Part shown: positions 7,624-17,004 of the stretch, piece after piece
How the letters are laid out: every line of letters starts with the position of its first letter
Position numbering within the stretch: the stretch's first letter is position 1
IMG/VR virus record: IMGVR_UViG_3300027644_000003
Coordinates: 35,470 to 99,469 of that record
Strand: one strand, 5' to 3'
DNA length: 64,000 nucleotides
From: a virus
Notes under the pieces: generated by a model
The model's input: only the letters and a program-made list of their open reading frames with translations
Told to the model about the DNA's origin: nothing
Databases searched by the model: none
Made by a program: the position numbers and the translations under genes

Positions 7624-10598
7624 TAGTTACTCCCTATCGCTGCAATGTCTTTGTCTGCGGCTATTGCCTTTTTAAACTTATCAAGCATTACAAGAACTTC
7701 ATTATCTCCTGCTTTAGCAATGTTAACAGTCATACTTACGTTAATAGAGCTAGCTGATCCCCCGCTACTGTTGTTTCTAATACGGTCTGCTTGACCCTTA
7801 TTAAGAACCATTTCACCGTCGTGCAAATAAGCAAGTCCTTCTTTAGTTGAGTCAGCACCATAAAAGTGTCCTGGAATACCTGCTGCTTTAGAAGCTGCTT
7901 CAGCATCATCTAAGAACTGTGAGAAAGCGCCGTTACTATACGCAGACCAAGCTTTCCAATTTTTACCTTCGTTAGAAATATTCCACGCTGCTTTAACGTT
8001 AAAGGATGGATCAAACAAACGCTTGCCATCTCTCCACTGCCCGGACTCACCAAACTTTTTAGGGTCTTTAAGACTTCTAATTTGAAAGACACCCATACTT
8101 GGACCGTAGGTTTTGTTAGTAATTTTTTCATCGCCAACAGCCTTACTACGACCACCGGATTCAGCTAACGCTACTGCAAAAGCTGTTTGAAGAGCCTTTC
8201 CTCTAAAACCTTGAGCATGAAGAGCCTTTAGCAATCCCTTACGAGAACCAAAAGCCATTCCGCCAGTGTCTCCAGAAGCAGAGGTCATTTGATTGTCGCC
8301 CATTAAACCATCTAATACAGACGAGCCTTGTCCTTTACTTTTAGCCCAGTCTACGGCGCCAGAATCAGAGACATCTCCGTATGAAAGTGGTCCGCCCTGT
8401 TGAATCATTGCTAAAAGTTGACCGCCCGCGTACATAGTTCCTTTAGGAGTATCCCCTCCCAACACAAACTGTGACAAGTCACCAGCATCAGGAGCATTGC
8501 TTGCTTTGTCGTTTTTAAATAACCCAGAAACGCTTGACTTAATTTTTCCAAAAATACTCTTAGGATCTACTGATTGCTTGCTTGTTTTATCTTTACGTAC
8601 TTCAAAGTGAAGGTGGGGTCCGGTAGAAGAACCTGAGCCTGGAGCGCCCTTCTTACCGCCAGAGTAAGCAATAAGACTTCCTTGGGTAACTTTTTGTCCA
8701 ACCTTTACTACCGCACGACTTAAGTGTGCGTAGTAGGTATAAAAACCTTCATGCTTAATTACAATGTACAGACCAAAACTTCTTGAAGAATTTGGTTGAG
8801 TTGTTACTTGATCTACAACACCATCTGCTGCTGCAAGTACAGGGCTACCAACTGGCATGGCATAGTCAATGCCTCCGTGGTGATGTCTTTCCTTAGGATT
8901 ATTTGGGTTGCTTCTCCAACCAAAAGCAGAAGAAATATGCTTTGAATTTGGAGCGGGGTTAATACCTACAGTTTGTGATCCCCCAGCACTTGCGGGACCA
9001 GAGCTTTCTCCTCCACCCTTACCTAAAAGTTGACCAATTGCGTTTGAACCGCCACCAACTAACGCACCAATTAAACCTGTTACTAATGCTCCAGGGCCGG
9101 TTCCAGCTCCCAGAAGGGCTCCAGCACCTCCACCTACAGCAGCACTTGAAAACATTGACTTAAAATCAAATCCTTTTTTAGCTTTTGCAGTTTGATATCC
9201 GCCGTAAGCAGAAAGAGCAGCTCCTAAAATAGGCACTGGTTTTGCTAATGAAGCAAACTTACCAAATTTACTTGCAACTCCTGCAGCACCTGCTGCTGTT
9301 CCGGCTGCACCTGCAGCGCCTGCTGCACCAGCTGTTGCTGCCGTGCCTGCTGCGCCTGCTGCTCCTAGAGCGGGAGCAATAAGTTTTCCTCCGCCACCAA
9401 GTGCCATACGCATCATAAGCATGTTTGAAAGTGCACCTGCGGCACCAGACATAGTTGCTCCTGCGCCACCTGCTTGCGGAAGAGTCTGTAATATTCCTTT
9501 GAGAGATGCTAGGCCGTTTACTACGCCAGGCAAGGTTTCAGCTATAGCAGCAAAACCGTTATTAACTGCAGCGGCTGCTCCAAGGGCTCCTTGATATCCG
9601 CCAACTAATCCTTTTTCTGTTCCTTCTAAAAGACGATTCTGTGAGCTTTGGAAATTAAAGTTACTCTCTTGAACTCCACCTTTAACGCCCATAGTTCCAA
9701 GCATGCCTTTAGCACTGCCCATTTGCTTTGCAGTAAGTGGCTTGTTGTTTTTAAATCTAGCCATAAGTCCGCTGGCATATAAATTAAATAGGCTGGGGTC
9801 TCCGCCAGCAATAGTCATAATTGTCTGGTACTCAACGCTGTTTGGGCTAAACATTACCTCAGGATTTTTAGGTGTCTTTCCTCGGTATATTTTTGAATAC
9901 AGCTCGTTAATAATTTCGTTAGGGGGTCTTAGGTTTCCTTCGCGGTCACGCAGTCTAATTCCTAGGCGCAACATGTTCATTCCGTTTTGGCTAGCGTAAG
10001 ATCCCGCTGCTTGTTCGTTGCTCATACCACTGACGGCACTCATGCCACCAAGCTGGCTCATAATTCTTTGTGTGCTTACTGATTGTGCACCGTAACCACC
10101 TTGAGACAATACCTGTCCCATAGCCATAGTTGGACCCATAGAGCTAGTTGCGTTTCCACGACCAACCATAGAGTTTGCGGAGCTAATTACTCCTCGAGCA
10201 CCCATGCGGCCAGAACTGTACATGGCAACGCCTTCAGCGCTAAGTCTTTGTGTTACAGCTGTCATGGTGTTAGGCATAATGCCCATAGCACCTGCACCTA
10301 TTGCTGCTACTCCTAAGCCAACCTTTGAAGCGGTTGACATTCCGCCGCCGCCTCTATCAGGCAGTTGAGCAAGGCTGGAGCCCATGGTGCTAGTAGGTTT
10401 TCCACTAGCCGACGCTTGAGCTTCAGCAGTTGCTTCAGCATGTTTTTTTATCTTTTCGTAACTTTTTTCTATATTAGTTACGGTTTTAAGCATGTTAAGC
10501 AGACCTTTATTACCGGTCTCAGTTAACTTTTCGACACTCTTTTGACCGGTGAAAGCTTCATCTCCACCGGTGCCTAAGTTTCCTCTTGCCTCTGCCAA
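7623..10598 (-). CDS. Tape measure protein with M23 peptidase and lysozyme-like (SLT) domains
   Basis: Ala/Gly-rich N-terminus; HGGIDY, YAHL and STGPHLHFEV (M23); AVALAESGG...GVFQI (SLT). Confidence 0.88.
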   Translation of the reverse strand: MAEARGNLGTGGDEAFTGQKSVEKLTETGNKGLLNMLKTVTNIEKSYEKIKKHAEATAEAQASASGKPTSTMGSSLAQLPDRGGGGMSTASKVGLGVAAIGAGAMGIMPNTMTAVTQRLSAEGVAMYSSGRMGARGVISSANSMVGRGNATSSMGPTMAMGQVLSQGGYGAQSVSTQRIMSQLGGMSAVSGMSNEQAAGSYASQNGMNMLRLGIRLRDREGNLRPPNEIINELYSKIYRGKTPKNPEVMFSPNSVEYQTIMTIAGGDPSLFNLYASGLMARFKNNKPLTAKQMGSAKGMLGTMGVKGGVQESNFNFQSSQNRLLEGTEKGLVGGYQGALGAAAAVNNGFAAIAETLPGVVNGLASLKGILQTLPQAGGAGATMSGAAGALSNMLMMRMALGGGGKLIAPALGAAGAAGTAATAGAAGAAGAAGTAAGAAGVASKFGKFASLAKPVPILGAALSAYGGYQTAKAKKGFDFKSMFSSAAVGGGAGALLGAGTGPGALVTGLIGALVGGGSNAIGQLLGKGGGESSGPASAGGSQTVGINPAPNSKHISSAFGWRSNPNNPKERHHHGGIDYAMPVGSPVLAAADGVVDQVTTQPNSSRSFGLYIVIKHEGFYTYYAHLSRAVVKVGQKVTQGSLIAYSGGKKGAPGSGSSTGPHLHFEVRKDKTSKQSVDPKSIFGKIKSSVSGLFKNDKASNAPDAGDLSQFVLGGDTPKGTMYAGGQLLAMIQQGGPLSYGDVSDSGAVDWAKSKGQGSSVLDGLMGDNQMTSASGDTGGMAFGSRKGLLKALHAQGFRGKALQTAFAVALAESGGRSKAVGDEKITNKTYGPSMGVFQIRSLKDPKKFGESGQWRDGKRLFDPSFNVKAAWNISNEGKNWKAWSAYSNGAFSQFLDDAEAASKAAGIPGHFYGADSTKEGLAYLHDGEMVLNKGQADRIRNNSSGGSASSINVSMTVNIAKAGDNEVLVMLDKFKKAIAADKDIAAIGSN

Positions 10599-10599
10599 G

Positions 10600-10758
10600 T
10601 TATCTCACCGCCTTAGGTCTTGTTATAGCTTTAGATAAAAATATTAATCGTTCTCGTACGGTAAGACTTCTTAAATCTTGTAACGACCAACCCGGGTAAT
10701 ACTGAGCTAGAAGATCATAAGAATCAATTACGTCTTGGTATGTTATTTCATTGACGAA
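10600..10758 (-). CDS. Start-less tail assembly chaperone extension (probable frameshift product)
   Basis: +1 frame reads FVNEITYQDVIDSYDLLAQYYPGWSLQDLRSLTVRERLIFLSKAITRPKAVR*; no usable start codon. Confidence 0.75.
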   Translation of the reverse strand, partial: FVNEITYQDVIDSYDLLAQYYPGWSLQDLRSLTVRERLIFLSKAITRPKAVR

Positions 10759-11575
10759 ACAACTCTGCCAGTGTTAGTGGCAGGCTTACCTCCTGGCCGC
10801 AATTTTTGCAAGCCTTTTTAATTTCGCTTAGTTGTGGTCCAGGATTACGCTTTGCAATCTCTTCTAGCAGGGTCCTACGATCAGTAATTCCCAGATTTCT
10901 AATCCGACTAGCGTCTAGAACTGGCTGATCACCAATCTCTACTACACAAGAAGTCAATAGCAAAGTATCAAGCTCTGCAGAGTTCTTATCGGTAGCATTA
11001 ATGATCTTTGTTTGAACTTCCCCGCTAGGTAGGTTTACCTTTGCAAGGCCTGCTTTAAGCTCTACTGTAAATCTACGATCATTAATAGGATCATCTAGTT
11101 CTTTGGTCTCTACATCTTCATCTAGATCAACTTTAAAGACTTGAAGTTCAGGGCATTTGTCGCATACAGTAGATAGCTCTACTTCTGATCCAAATGTTGC
11201 TTTTCTAATTGCTAGTAACAGAGCTTCTCTGTCTCCGGCAAGTAAAACTCCTAAGATAGCCTTAGTAATTGGTTGTCCCCCAACGGAGACTGTTCCTCGT
11301 TCTAAGATAGATAAAAGAGCTTTGCCTGGATCAGAGATCTTTGCAATGGCTTCCTCATCGGCGCCAGTGAGTTCTCTAACTTCAGCGGTTCTGTGCACAG
11401 TTCCTTCAAACGGTTCAATAAAACCCGCCGGAAGCTTAACCTCTGCCTCAGGTAGTGATGGGATGTTAACTACTGGTATAGATCCCATCACTTCCTGATT
11501 GACAAGGTTGTTTACATCTTCTAACAGTTTGTTAGCCATAGCCGGACTTTCTGCGGCTTTAATAGTTGTAGACAT
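10748..11575 (-). CDS. Tail assembly chaperone (T4 gp26-like)
   Basis: VRELTGADEEAI, GDREALLLAIR and two CxxC motifs; between tube and tape measure. Confidence 0.82.
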   Translation of the reverse strand: MSTTIKAAESPAMANKLLEDVNNLVNQEVMGSIPVVNIPSLPEAEVKLPAGFIEPFEGTVHRTAEVRELTGADEEAIAKISDPGKALLSILERGTVSVGGQPITKAILGVLLAGDREALLLAIRKATFGSEVELSTVCDKCPELQVFKVDLDEDVETKELDDPINDRRFTVELKAGLAKVNLPSGEVQTKIINATDKNSAELDTLLLTSCVVEIGDQPVLDASRIRNLGITDRRTLLEEIAKRNPGPQLSEIKKACKNCGQEVSLPLTLAELFRQ

Positions 11576-11598
11576 GTTATATTCCTTTTCTTAGATTA

Positions 11599-12225
11599 TT
11601 AGAACTCTTTTGCTGATCCTGCAGTTGTCAATGCTTGAGCGTACTTAGCATCCCAACCTTCGTGAACAAGAGTCATTTCTTCGACCATCAAGCTATTTCC
11701 ACCAGCATCTAGGTTGCTGTATGAAAGGTTTGTAATCCAAGCATTGTATACCCGGAAACGAATAGCTACGTGAGGTGATGCTGAGTTTACTCCAGAAAGA
11801 GTTGCACTCTCACCAGGTAAGCCAGCAGGGTTTGGATGACTTAGAACTTGTAGTTCCAAATCGCAACGGAAATCCGCTCCAATACCCGCTTTAGCTCCTG
11901 AGCTAATTAGTGAGAATAGGCGCTTCATCCAATCAAGTTGTGAAGAATCTCCCAACATTACGCCTTTGCTAAGGGTAATTGGACTAAACGAAGTTTGTCC
12001 GGGTAGCTGGTGAACAGTGGTGTTGTATCCACCTTCACGGTATTGGATTGCTTCAGTAGAGACGGTTAGGCCTGATACTGAGGTAAATCCCATTTGAGCA
12101 TTAAACGCAAACTTTGGGGTTGCGGTATCAGCTGTTGGTAAAAAGTTTACTAAGAACCGAAAGTTACGAACTGGATCGGTTGTTAAAGAACTTAGTACGT
12201 TAGTAAAAGCTAGTCTATCTGCCAT
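11599..12225 (-). CDS. Tail tube protein (T4 gp19-like)
   Basis: DPVRNFRF, GFTSVSGL, YREGG and EEMTLVHEG motifs. Confidence 0.95.
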   Translation of the reverse strand: MADRLAFTNVLSSLTTDPVRNFRFLVNFLPTADTATPKFAFNAQMGFTSVSGLTVSTEAIQYREGGYNTTVHQLPGQTSFSPITLSKGVMLGDSSQLDWMKRLFSLISSGAKAGIGADFRCDLELQVLSHPNPAGLPGESATLSGVNSASPHVAIRFRVYNAWITNLSYSNLDAGGNSLMVEEMTLVHEGWDAKYAQALTTAGSAKEF

Positions 12226-12244
12226 GATTTATCCCTTGTCCTTA

Positions 12245-13771
12245 CTACGCCGAAGCGCTTCCGGTGATCTGCCCAATGCTGATCACTACGAATTCTGCAG
12301 GATATTCAACAGCCACACCAACTTCGATGTTTACTCGACCATTTAAAATATCTGTAGGTGTATTGTTTGTAGCGTCACATCTTACGTAGTACGCCTGCTC
12401 TGGAGATGCACCGCGTAGGCCACCCTGTGACCAGTAATTACGAAGGAAGTTTCCAATCGCAGTACGAAGTTGATTCCAAAGAATTTCGCTGTTGTTCTCA
12501 AATACCGCAAAACTGCTACGGTCGGTGATTTCTTTCTTCAAGAAAATCATTGAACGACGTACGTTGATGTAGCGTTCTCCGGTTGAGTTGTTGAGTGTGC
12601 GACCACCCATGATTACAATACCGCCACCAGGAACGTTACGAATAGCGTTTACTGGCTTTGATGCTGCATTGAGGTTATCTAGTTCTGTATTTGTTAGGCT
12701 GCGCTCTAGAGCAACTGCGCTGTTAATTTTTGTACCAAAACCTGCTGGGGTCTTGAATACTCCACGTGAAGCGTCTGTTTCTAGATACTTACCTGCTGCA
12801 ATTGCTGCTGGTCCAACTACGCGAGTAGCACCTGGTGCTGACTTTAGTAGATCTGGGATTACTACCCATGGGAAGTAGATTGCTGCGTTTCCGCCATCTA
12901 CCGCTCCGCAACCATCGATTGCGTAAGTAATAGCTTCTGCTGATGTACTTCCTGCTGGTGGATCGATTAGCGCAAATACATCGCCACGAGCATCTGCATA
13001 AGCAGTAACATCGTTATCCAAAAGAACCTTAGCTGCACGAGCTCCAGTTTCACCGCCTGATGCAAAAGCATAAGATGCGTCTGCGTTAATCATAATCATT
13101 GGGTTAGTAATTGGATCAAATGTTGCTAGAGCAGTTTGGTAGCTAGCACGTGTAGGTGCTGATCCGTCTGCTCCTGAGGCAAATGTCTTGACTCCGGCAA
13201 CTTCTGGCATGTTAGCTGGGGCTGCTGTACCTGAGGTTAGGTTAGTAAGTGTTACGTAATATGAAGCTGAGTTTACGTAAGCCACGCAATAGCGGCTGTT
13301 TGTTGTAGACATGCTTAGATCAGTAAACTGTTCTAGGATGCCATTTGCATCTGAAATAATCAGATTAAATGTAGTTGTAGAAGCGGCTGTAACTTCTGCT
13401 GTTAATGCGTTGCCCCAAGCACCAGCACTCTTTGCTGTTACTCGAAGTGTACTAAGTGGGGTACCTGCACGGTCACGAAGAGTTACTGATGCTGCTGTAG
13501 CACCTGAACCTACTACGCGCTTAATGTAAGCACTACGTCCGCCATTTGCAAAAAACGAATAGATCGACCAGGTAGCTGGGTAGCTATCTGAAAGGCTTCC
13601 AAAAGTTTTTCCAAAGTCGTACCAGCTTTGAATTAGAACTGGTTCTGCTGTAGGTCCTTGTGCAAATGCACCGAGGAACGCTCCACGAGCCTGTCCGTTA
13701 TCTGCTAGCGCAACTAGTTGTGGCAGAGGTACTTCATTGATGAAGACTCCTGGTCTGCTGTAACTTGCCAT
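12245..13771 (-). CDS. Tail sheath protein
   Basis: RPGVFINE, RGVFKTPAG, RYINVRR, FENN and PAEFVVI motifs. Confidence 0.97.
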   Translation of the reverse strand: MASYSRPGVFINEVPLPQLVALADNGQARGAFLGAFAQGPTAEPVLIQSWYDFGKTFGSLSDSYPATWSIYSFFANGGRSAYIKRVVGSGATAASVTLRDRAGTPLSTLRVTAKSAGAWGNALTAEVTAASTTTFNLIISDANGILEQFTDLSMSTTNSRYCVAYVNSASYYVTLTNLTSGTAAPANMPEVAGVKTFASGADGSAPTRASYQTALATFDPITNPMIMINADASYAFASGGETGARAAKVLLDNDVTAYADARGDVFALIDPPAGSTSAEAITYAIDGCGAVDGGNAAIYFPWVVIPDLLKSAPGATRVVGPAAIAAGKYLETDASRGVFKTPAGFGTKINSAVALERSLTNTELDNLNAASKPVNAIRNVPGGGIVIMGGRTLNNSTGERYINVRRSMIFLKKEITDRSSFAVFENNSEILWNQLRTAIGNFLRNYWSQGGLRGASPEQAYYVRCDATNNTPTDILNGRVNIEVGVAVEYPAEFVVISIGQITGSASA

Positions 13772-13813
13772 TCTTTACTCCTTAGGGTTGATTTGTTTTC
13801 TCGGGGTGCCTAT

Positions 13814-14443
13814 TTATATGTTTATTGTTTCAAACGGGATGTCTTGGCTTGTGAGCGATATTAGAGGAGGTGTTTGTACTGGATACTTCTGAGAAATAGC
13901 GCTAGGCAAAATTTCAGCACTAATGCGTATGTTGTACACATTAGAGAAAAGTCGCTTACCGTTTTGATCAGTAGTATCTTTTTTTGACATTCCTAAAAAT
14001 TCAACACGTCTAAGAGTGTTGTCTTCTGGAACACTAAGGCGGCCAGATCGCATTGGTATGCGTTGACCAGACAGCATCGCTGCCATAATTGCACGATCAT
14101 GTCTAGGCTGACGTGCATAAGTAGTAATCTGATAATCAAGATTTACTGGAATAGGGAATTCTGTTGTGTACTGTTTTGATCCTGCACCGCTTGAAAGCGT
14201 TGTACCTTTATCTACACCTTCTGGGTAGTAAGGCATACTTATAATGCCGCGGTGAGCTCGTTCAAAGTCTTCAGAGTAACCAATGAAGTCAAGAGTGATG
14301 TATGGATACACTTGATCTCTAATTTCCATATCAGGTTGTCCATACCAAACGCCTACGGGACGTTGAGCATTTGCACTGTCAGATACAACAATTCCTTGTA
14401 GAGCCGCTTTTAAGGCTTTATCTTCATTAAGAATAATAGGCAT
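13814..14443 (-). CDS. Tail terminator / completion protein
   Basis: YPYITL and PIPVNLDYQITTY motifs; directly upstream of sheath. Confidence 0.75.
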   Translation of the reverse strand: MPIILNEDKALKAALQGIVVSDSANAQRPVGVWYGQPDMEIRDQVYPYITLDFIGYSEDFERAHRGIISMPYYPEGVDKGTTLSSGAGSKQYTTEFPIPVNLDYQITTYARQPRHDRAIMAAMLSGQRIPMRSGRLSVPEDNTLRRVEFLGMSKKDTTDQNGKRLFSNVYNIRISAEILPSAISQKYPVQTPPLISLTSQDIPFETINI

Positions 14444-14766
14444 TAGATCAACCCCTGCACTCTAAGGCTTTTTGACAAGCCTGTAGCAAAGCTATCTTGA
14501 TCAATAAAGTTAGTTAGAAAGTTCCTAAGCACAGCGGATGGAGGGGTATCTTGATCCCCATACTCTAGAAAATTGATTTTGGCTGAAAGATGTGGTGGGT
14601 AATAGACGACGTACTCACCGTCTTTGTGAACAACAGACATCTGACTTACTACATCATCAGGCCACTTGTTTAGAAGGCACCAAGTTTTAAGGCGCTGTGT
14701 AGTGATACGAGAGTCTTCTATTTCTGCCGCAGAGACCGAGCTAGTTATAAGGTCTGATAGCTTCAC
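14443..14766 (-). CDS. Neck / tail completion protein
   Basis: FLEYG....PP..VLR motif of HK97 gp10-like neck proteins. Confidence 0.6.
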   Translation of the reverse strand: MKLSDLITSSVSAAEIEDSRITTQRLKTWCLLNKWPDDVVSQMSVVHKDGEYVVYYPPHLSAKINFLEYGDQDTPPSAVLRNFLTNFIDQDSFATGLSKSLRVQGLI

Positions 14767-14924
14767 TTACGGCCCGCGATTACTTTAGCAGTTAGACTTC
14801 CTGCAATCCATCCGGCTACCATCGAGCCAGCATGAAATTTGTCTAAGCCAAGTACACCGCGTACGAATTGCTCTCGGTCGGCATCGCTCTCTTCGCGTGC
14901 CAAACGGTCAAGTAAGTAAATCAT
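14763..14924 (-). CDS. Small hypothetical protein (53 aa)
   Basis: Manual ORF MIYLLDRLAREES...AGRK with GGAGG RBS and GTGA overlap with next gene. Confidence 0.7.
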   Translation of the reverse strand: MIYLLDRLAREESDADREQFVRGVLGLDKFHAGSMVAGWIAGSLTAKVIAGRK

Positions 14925-15001
14925 CAGAATCCTCCAAAAGAAGATGCGGGGTCAAGCTGCAGGGTTCCGGATTACTCCGGCGTCAAGAACAAGAGTAAAT
15001 G

Positions 15002-15023
15002 AAAAAGCCCCCTTTCGGGGGCT
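15002..15023 (-). terminator. Intrinsic terminator
   Basis: AGCCCCC-GAAA-GGGGGCT followed by a T-tract on the minus strand. Confidence 0.85.
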
Positions 15024-15048
15024 AATCATTTATTTCTTTTTAAGAGTA

Positions 15049-15210
15049 TTACATACCCTTTTTGCGGACCATTGACTTCTTCTTAGTCATTGGGCGGGCA
15101 TTTGGGTCTGCCTTCTTCTTGTTACGGAGCATCTTAAAGTCTGCCCCATCGATCTTCTTAGGATTGCCAGCTGTAGCAGCTAGCTTCTTTTGCTTATCTG
15201 ACATTGCCAT
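15049..15210 (-). CDS. Small basic protein (53 aa)
   Basis: MAMSDKQKKL...KIDGADFKML...RKKGM; AAGGA RBS. Confidence 0.8.
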   Translation of the reverse strand: MAMSDKQKKLAATAGNPKKIDGADFKMLRNKKKADPNARPMTKKKSMVRKKGM

Positions 15211-15219
15211 TAGGTTTCC

Positions 15220-15360
15220 TTAGTTAAAGTGTTCTGGGCGGGAAGGGGTTACTTCTTCAGGTACGTTGTCACAAAGACAGGCATACCTATTAATTTCCGG
15301 TATACGATTGGTGTTTTCGCACTTATCACACGGTTCGTCTCTAAAAATAGTCTTGTGCAC
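15220..15360 (-). CDS. Small Cys-containing protein (46 aa)
   Basis: GTG start overlapping upstream stop, AAGGAG RBS; CDKC and CLC motifs. Confidence 0.6.
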   Translation of the reverse strand: MHKTIFRDEPCDKCENTNRIPEINRYACLCDNVPEEVTPSRPEHFN

Positions 15361-15479
15361 TATTTTTTCTCCTTTTTTTTCTTAGGGGCTTTTTTCTTAT
15401 CAAACTTCTTATTTGCAGCGGTCAAAGTCTTCATGCCGTGCTTGTTCTTAGGCATGCCGCAGCCACAGGTAGCGCACAT
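15360..15479 (-). CDS. Cys/Lys-rich microprotein (39 aa)
   Basis: MCATCGCGMPKNKHG...KKKKEKK; TAATG coupling. Confidence 0.8.
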   Translation of the reverse strand: MCATCGCGMPKNKHGMKTLTAANKKFDKKKAPKKKKEKK

Positions 15480-15598
15480 TACTTCTTTTTTGCCTTACAT
15501 GATTTACAGGTACCACAAGTACAGGCCTTAGCCTTAGGCTTGCCCTTACCAAATCCTGGCTGACCTTTTTTCTTACCACATCCACATGCTGCGCACAT
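15479..15598 (-). CDS. Metallothionein-like Cys/Lys-rich microprotein (39 aa)
   Basis: MCAACGCGKKKG...CTCGTCKSCKAKKK; TAATG coupling. Confidence 0.8.
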   Translation of the reverse strand: MCAACGCGKKKGQPGFGKGKPKAKACTCGTCKSCKAKKK

Positions 15599-15729
15599 TA
15601 TTTCTTACCTTTCTTAGGTTTAGCTACTTTGTCTTTTCCTTTACCTTCAGGTACACAGTTTGGCACCTTCTGGCCATTCTTGGTCTTCATACCTACTTGA
15701 ACGTAACCTTTCCAACAAGGATCAGCCAT
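15598..15729 (-). CDS. Basic microprotein with PCWKGY...VPNCVP motif (43 aa)
   Basis: MADPCWKGYVQVGMKTKNGQKVPNCVP...; GGAGG RBS. Confidence 0.85.
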   Translation of the reverse strand: MADPCWKGYVQVGMKTKNGQKVPNCVPEGKGKDKVAKPKKGKK

Positions 15730-15938
15730 TATTTTCCTCCTTCATGAGGGTTCTTTCGGTGCCAAGCACGGGTTGCTCGTTCCCCCGCTTTGATTGTCTT
15801 AGCACCTGCTTTTTTAGTAAGGTTAATCTTATCGTACTTTCCAGCTTTGGCTTTAGCCTCATGGTCAACAATTACGTCTCCCTTTTTATTCTTCTTTACG
15901 GTGTGCTTGGCCCCACCGACTTTAATTGTTCTAGCCAT
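15729..15938 (-). CDS. Small basic protein
   Basis: 69 aa Lys-rich ORF; GGAGG RBS. Confidence 0.8.
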   Translation of the reverse strand: MARTIKVGGAKHTVKKNKKGDVIVDHEAKAKAGKYDKINLTKKAGAKTIKAGERATRAWHRKNPHEGGK

Positions 15939-15939
15939 C

Positions 15940-16518
15940 CTAGCCTCCGTTGTTAAATGGGTTGTAGTTTGAGTACTCTAAGAATTGAGGGTCGTTGACC
16001 AACTCTTCCGGATTTACCTGGTTTAAGTCCATACTGATGAAAGTGAAGTCCTCTCCCATTAACCCTCTAGGGAGGAATTTAGCTGGGGACCAAACGGTGT
16101 TTCTAAATACTATGCGATCTCTTAAAAATCTATCTGGGTCGCTGCTAAAGTAGTCATCATCAGTTGTGGTGCTACCAAAATATGAGTTTCTCTTTTTAGA
16201 TACGTCTCCCCGAATAACATCTATGTTAAAGGTAAGGCGTAGCTGATCTACGGTGTAAAGACCTCTGTCATTGCGTTGCATAACGCCTTGCTCAAGCTTG
16301 GCAGAGATAACCGGAAGGGTAGATTCTTTCTTCCATCTACGACCTACAGTAGAGGAACCCACATCGTAAATAGGGTCCACTTGACTAGCCACGGAATCCC
16401 AAGCCCACCAGTCTACGGACATACCAACGGTACGCACCATATCTTTGGTTACGCCTAATTTAATAGACTCTTTTTCAGAGGCTATAGTGAATCTGCCTTG
16501 TACTTGGTCTCCACGCAT
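15940..16518 (-). CDS. Head-to-tail stopper / head closure protein
   Basis: DPIYDVG...RGLYTVD..DRIVFR; position in neck module. Confidence 0.6.
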   Translation of the reverse strand: MRGDQVQGRFTIASEKESIKLGVTKDMVRTVGMSVDWWAWDSVASQVDPIYDVGSSTVGRRWKKESTLPVISAKLEQGVMQRNDRGLYTVDQLRLTFNIDVIRGDVSKKRNSYFGSTTTDDDYFSSDPDRFLRDRIVFRNTVWSPAKFLPRGLMGEDFTFISMDLNQVNPEELVNDPQFLEYSNYNPFNNGG

Positions 16519-16527
16519 TCTTACATT

Positions 16528-17004
16528 TTAAGGCTGAATGAAGAAAAAGAAAGCGTTAGCCAGTACGTTATTAAATGGGTCTGGGAACTCTGAGCGTACA
16601 AACTCTTGGTCAGCCGCAAAGAATAGACCTTCGTTCTCTACCCCCTCAAAGGATTCCCCACCTACTGTGGTTTCCCAACCCAGGTGTTGATATGCAACTA
16701 GGCTTATTACGTAGTCTGCGTCATCTGTAAATTTTTTAGGGGTTTGTGTTGGTTGAGGACCAGCATAGATATCTAAGTGCTGCCAGTTAGGGATTAACGC
16801 AGGGTTATTAAACATTTGCCTAGCTACGGGCAAAAGCTTTTCGTGAAGCATGCGAAGCTCAGGTGTATCTTTTAGTTGCAAGACTCCGTAGCCAGACTCA
16901 TGAGGCGGTCTAGCTTTCTTTAAAGCTTCGTGGTGCTCTAAGGCGTATTTTTGCAGGTACTCAAAGTCTCGTTCTGAAAAAAGGTCTTGTATAACCTTAT
17001 TCAC
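16528..17004 (-). CDS. 2OG-Fe(II) oxygenase-like protein, apparently degenerate
   Basis: Resembles phage 2OG oxygenases (R.EFPDP..NV....FF) but HxD is replaced by FTD. Confidence 0.5.
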   Translation of the reverse strand: MNKVIQDLFSERDFEYLQKYALEHHEALKKARPPHESGYGVLQLKDTPELRMLHEKLLPVARQMFNNPALIPNWQHLDIYAGPQPTQTPKKFTDDADYVISLVAYQHLGWETTVGGESFEGVENEGLFFAADQEFVRSEFPDPFNNVLANAFFFFIQP

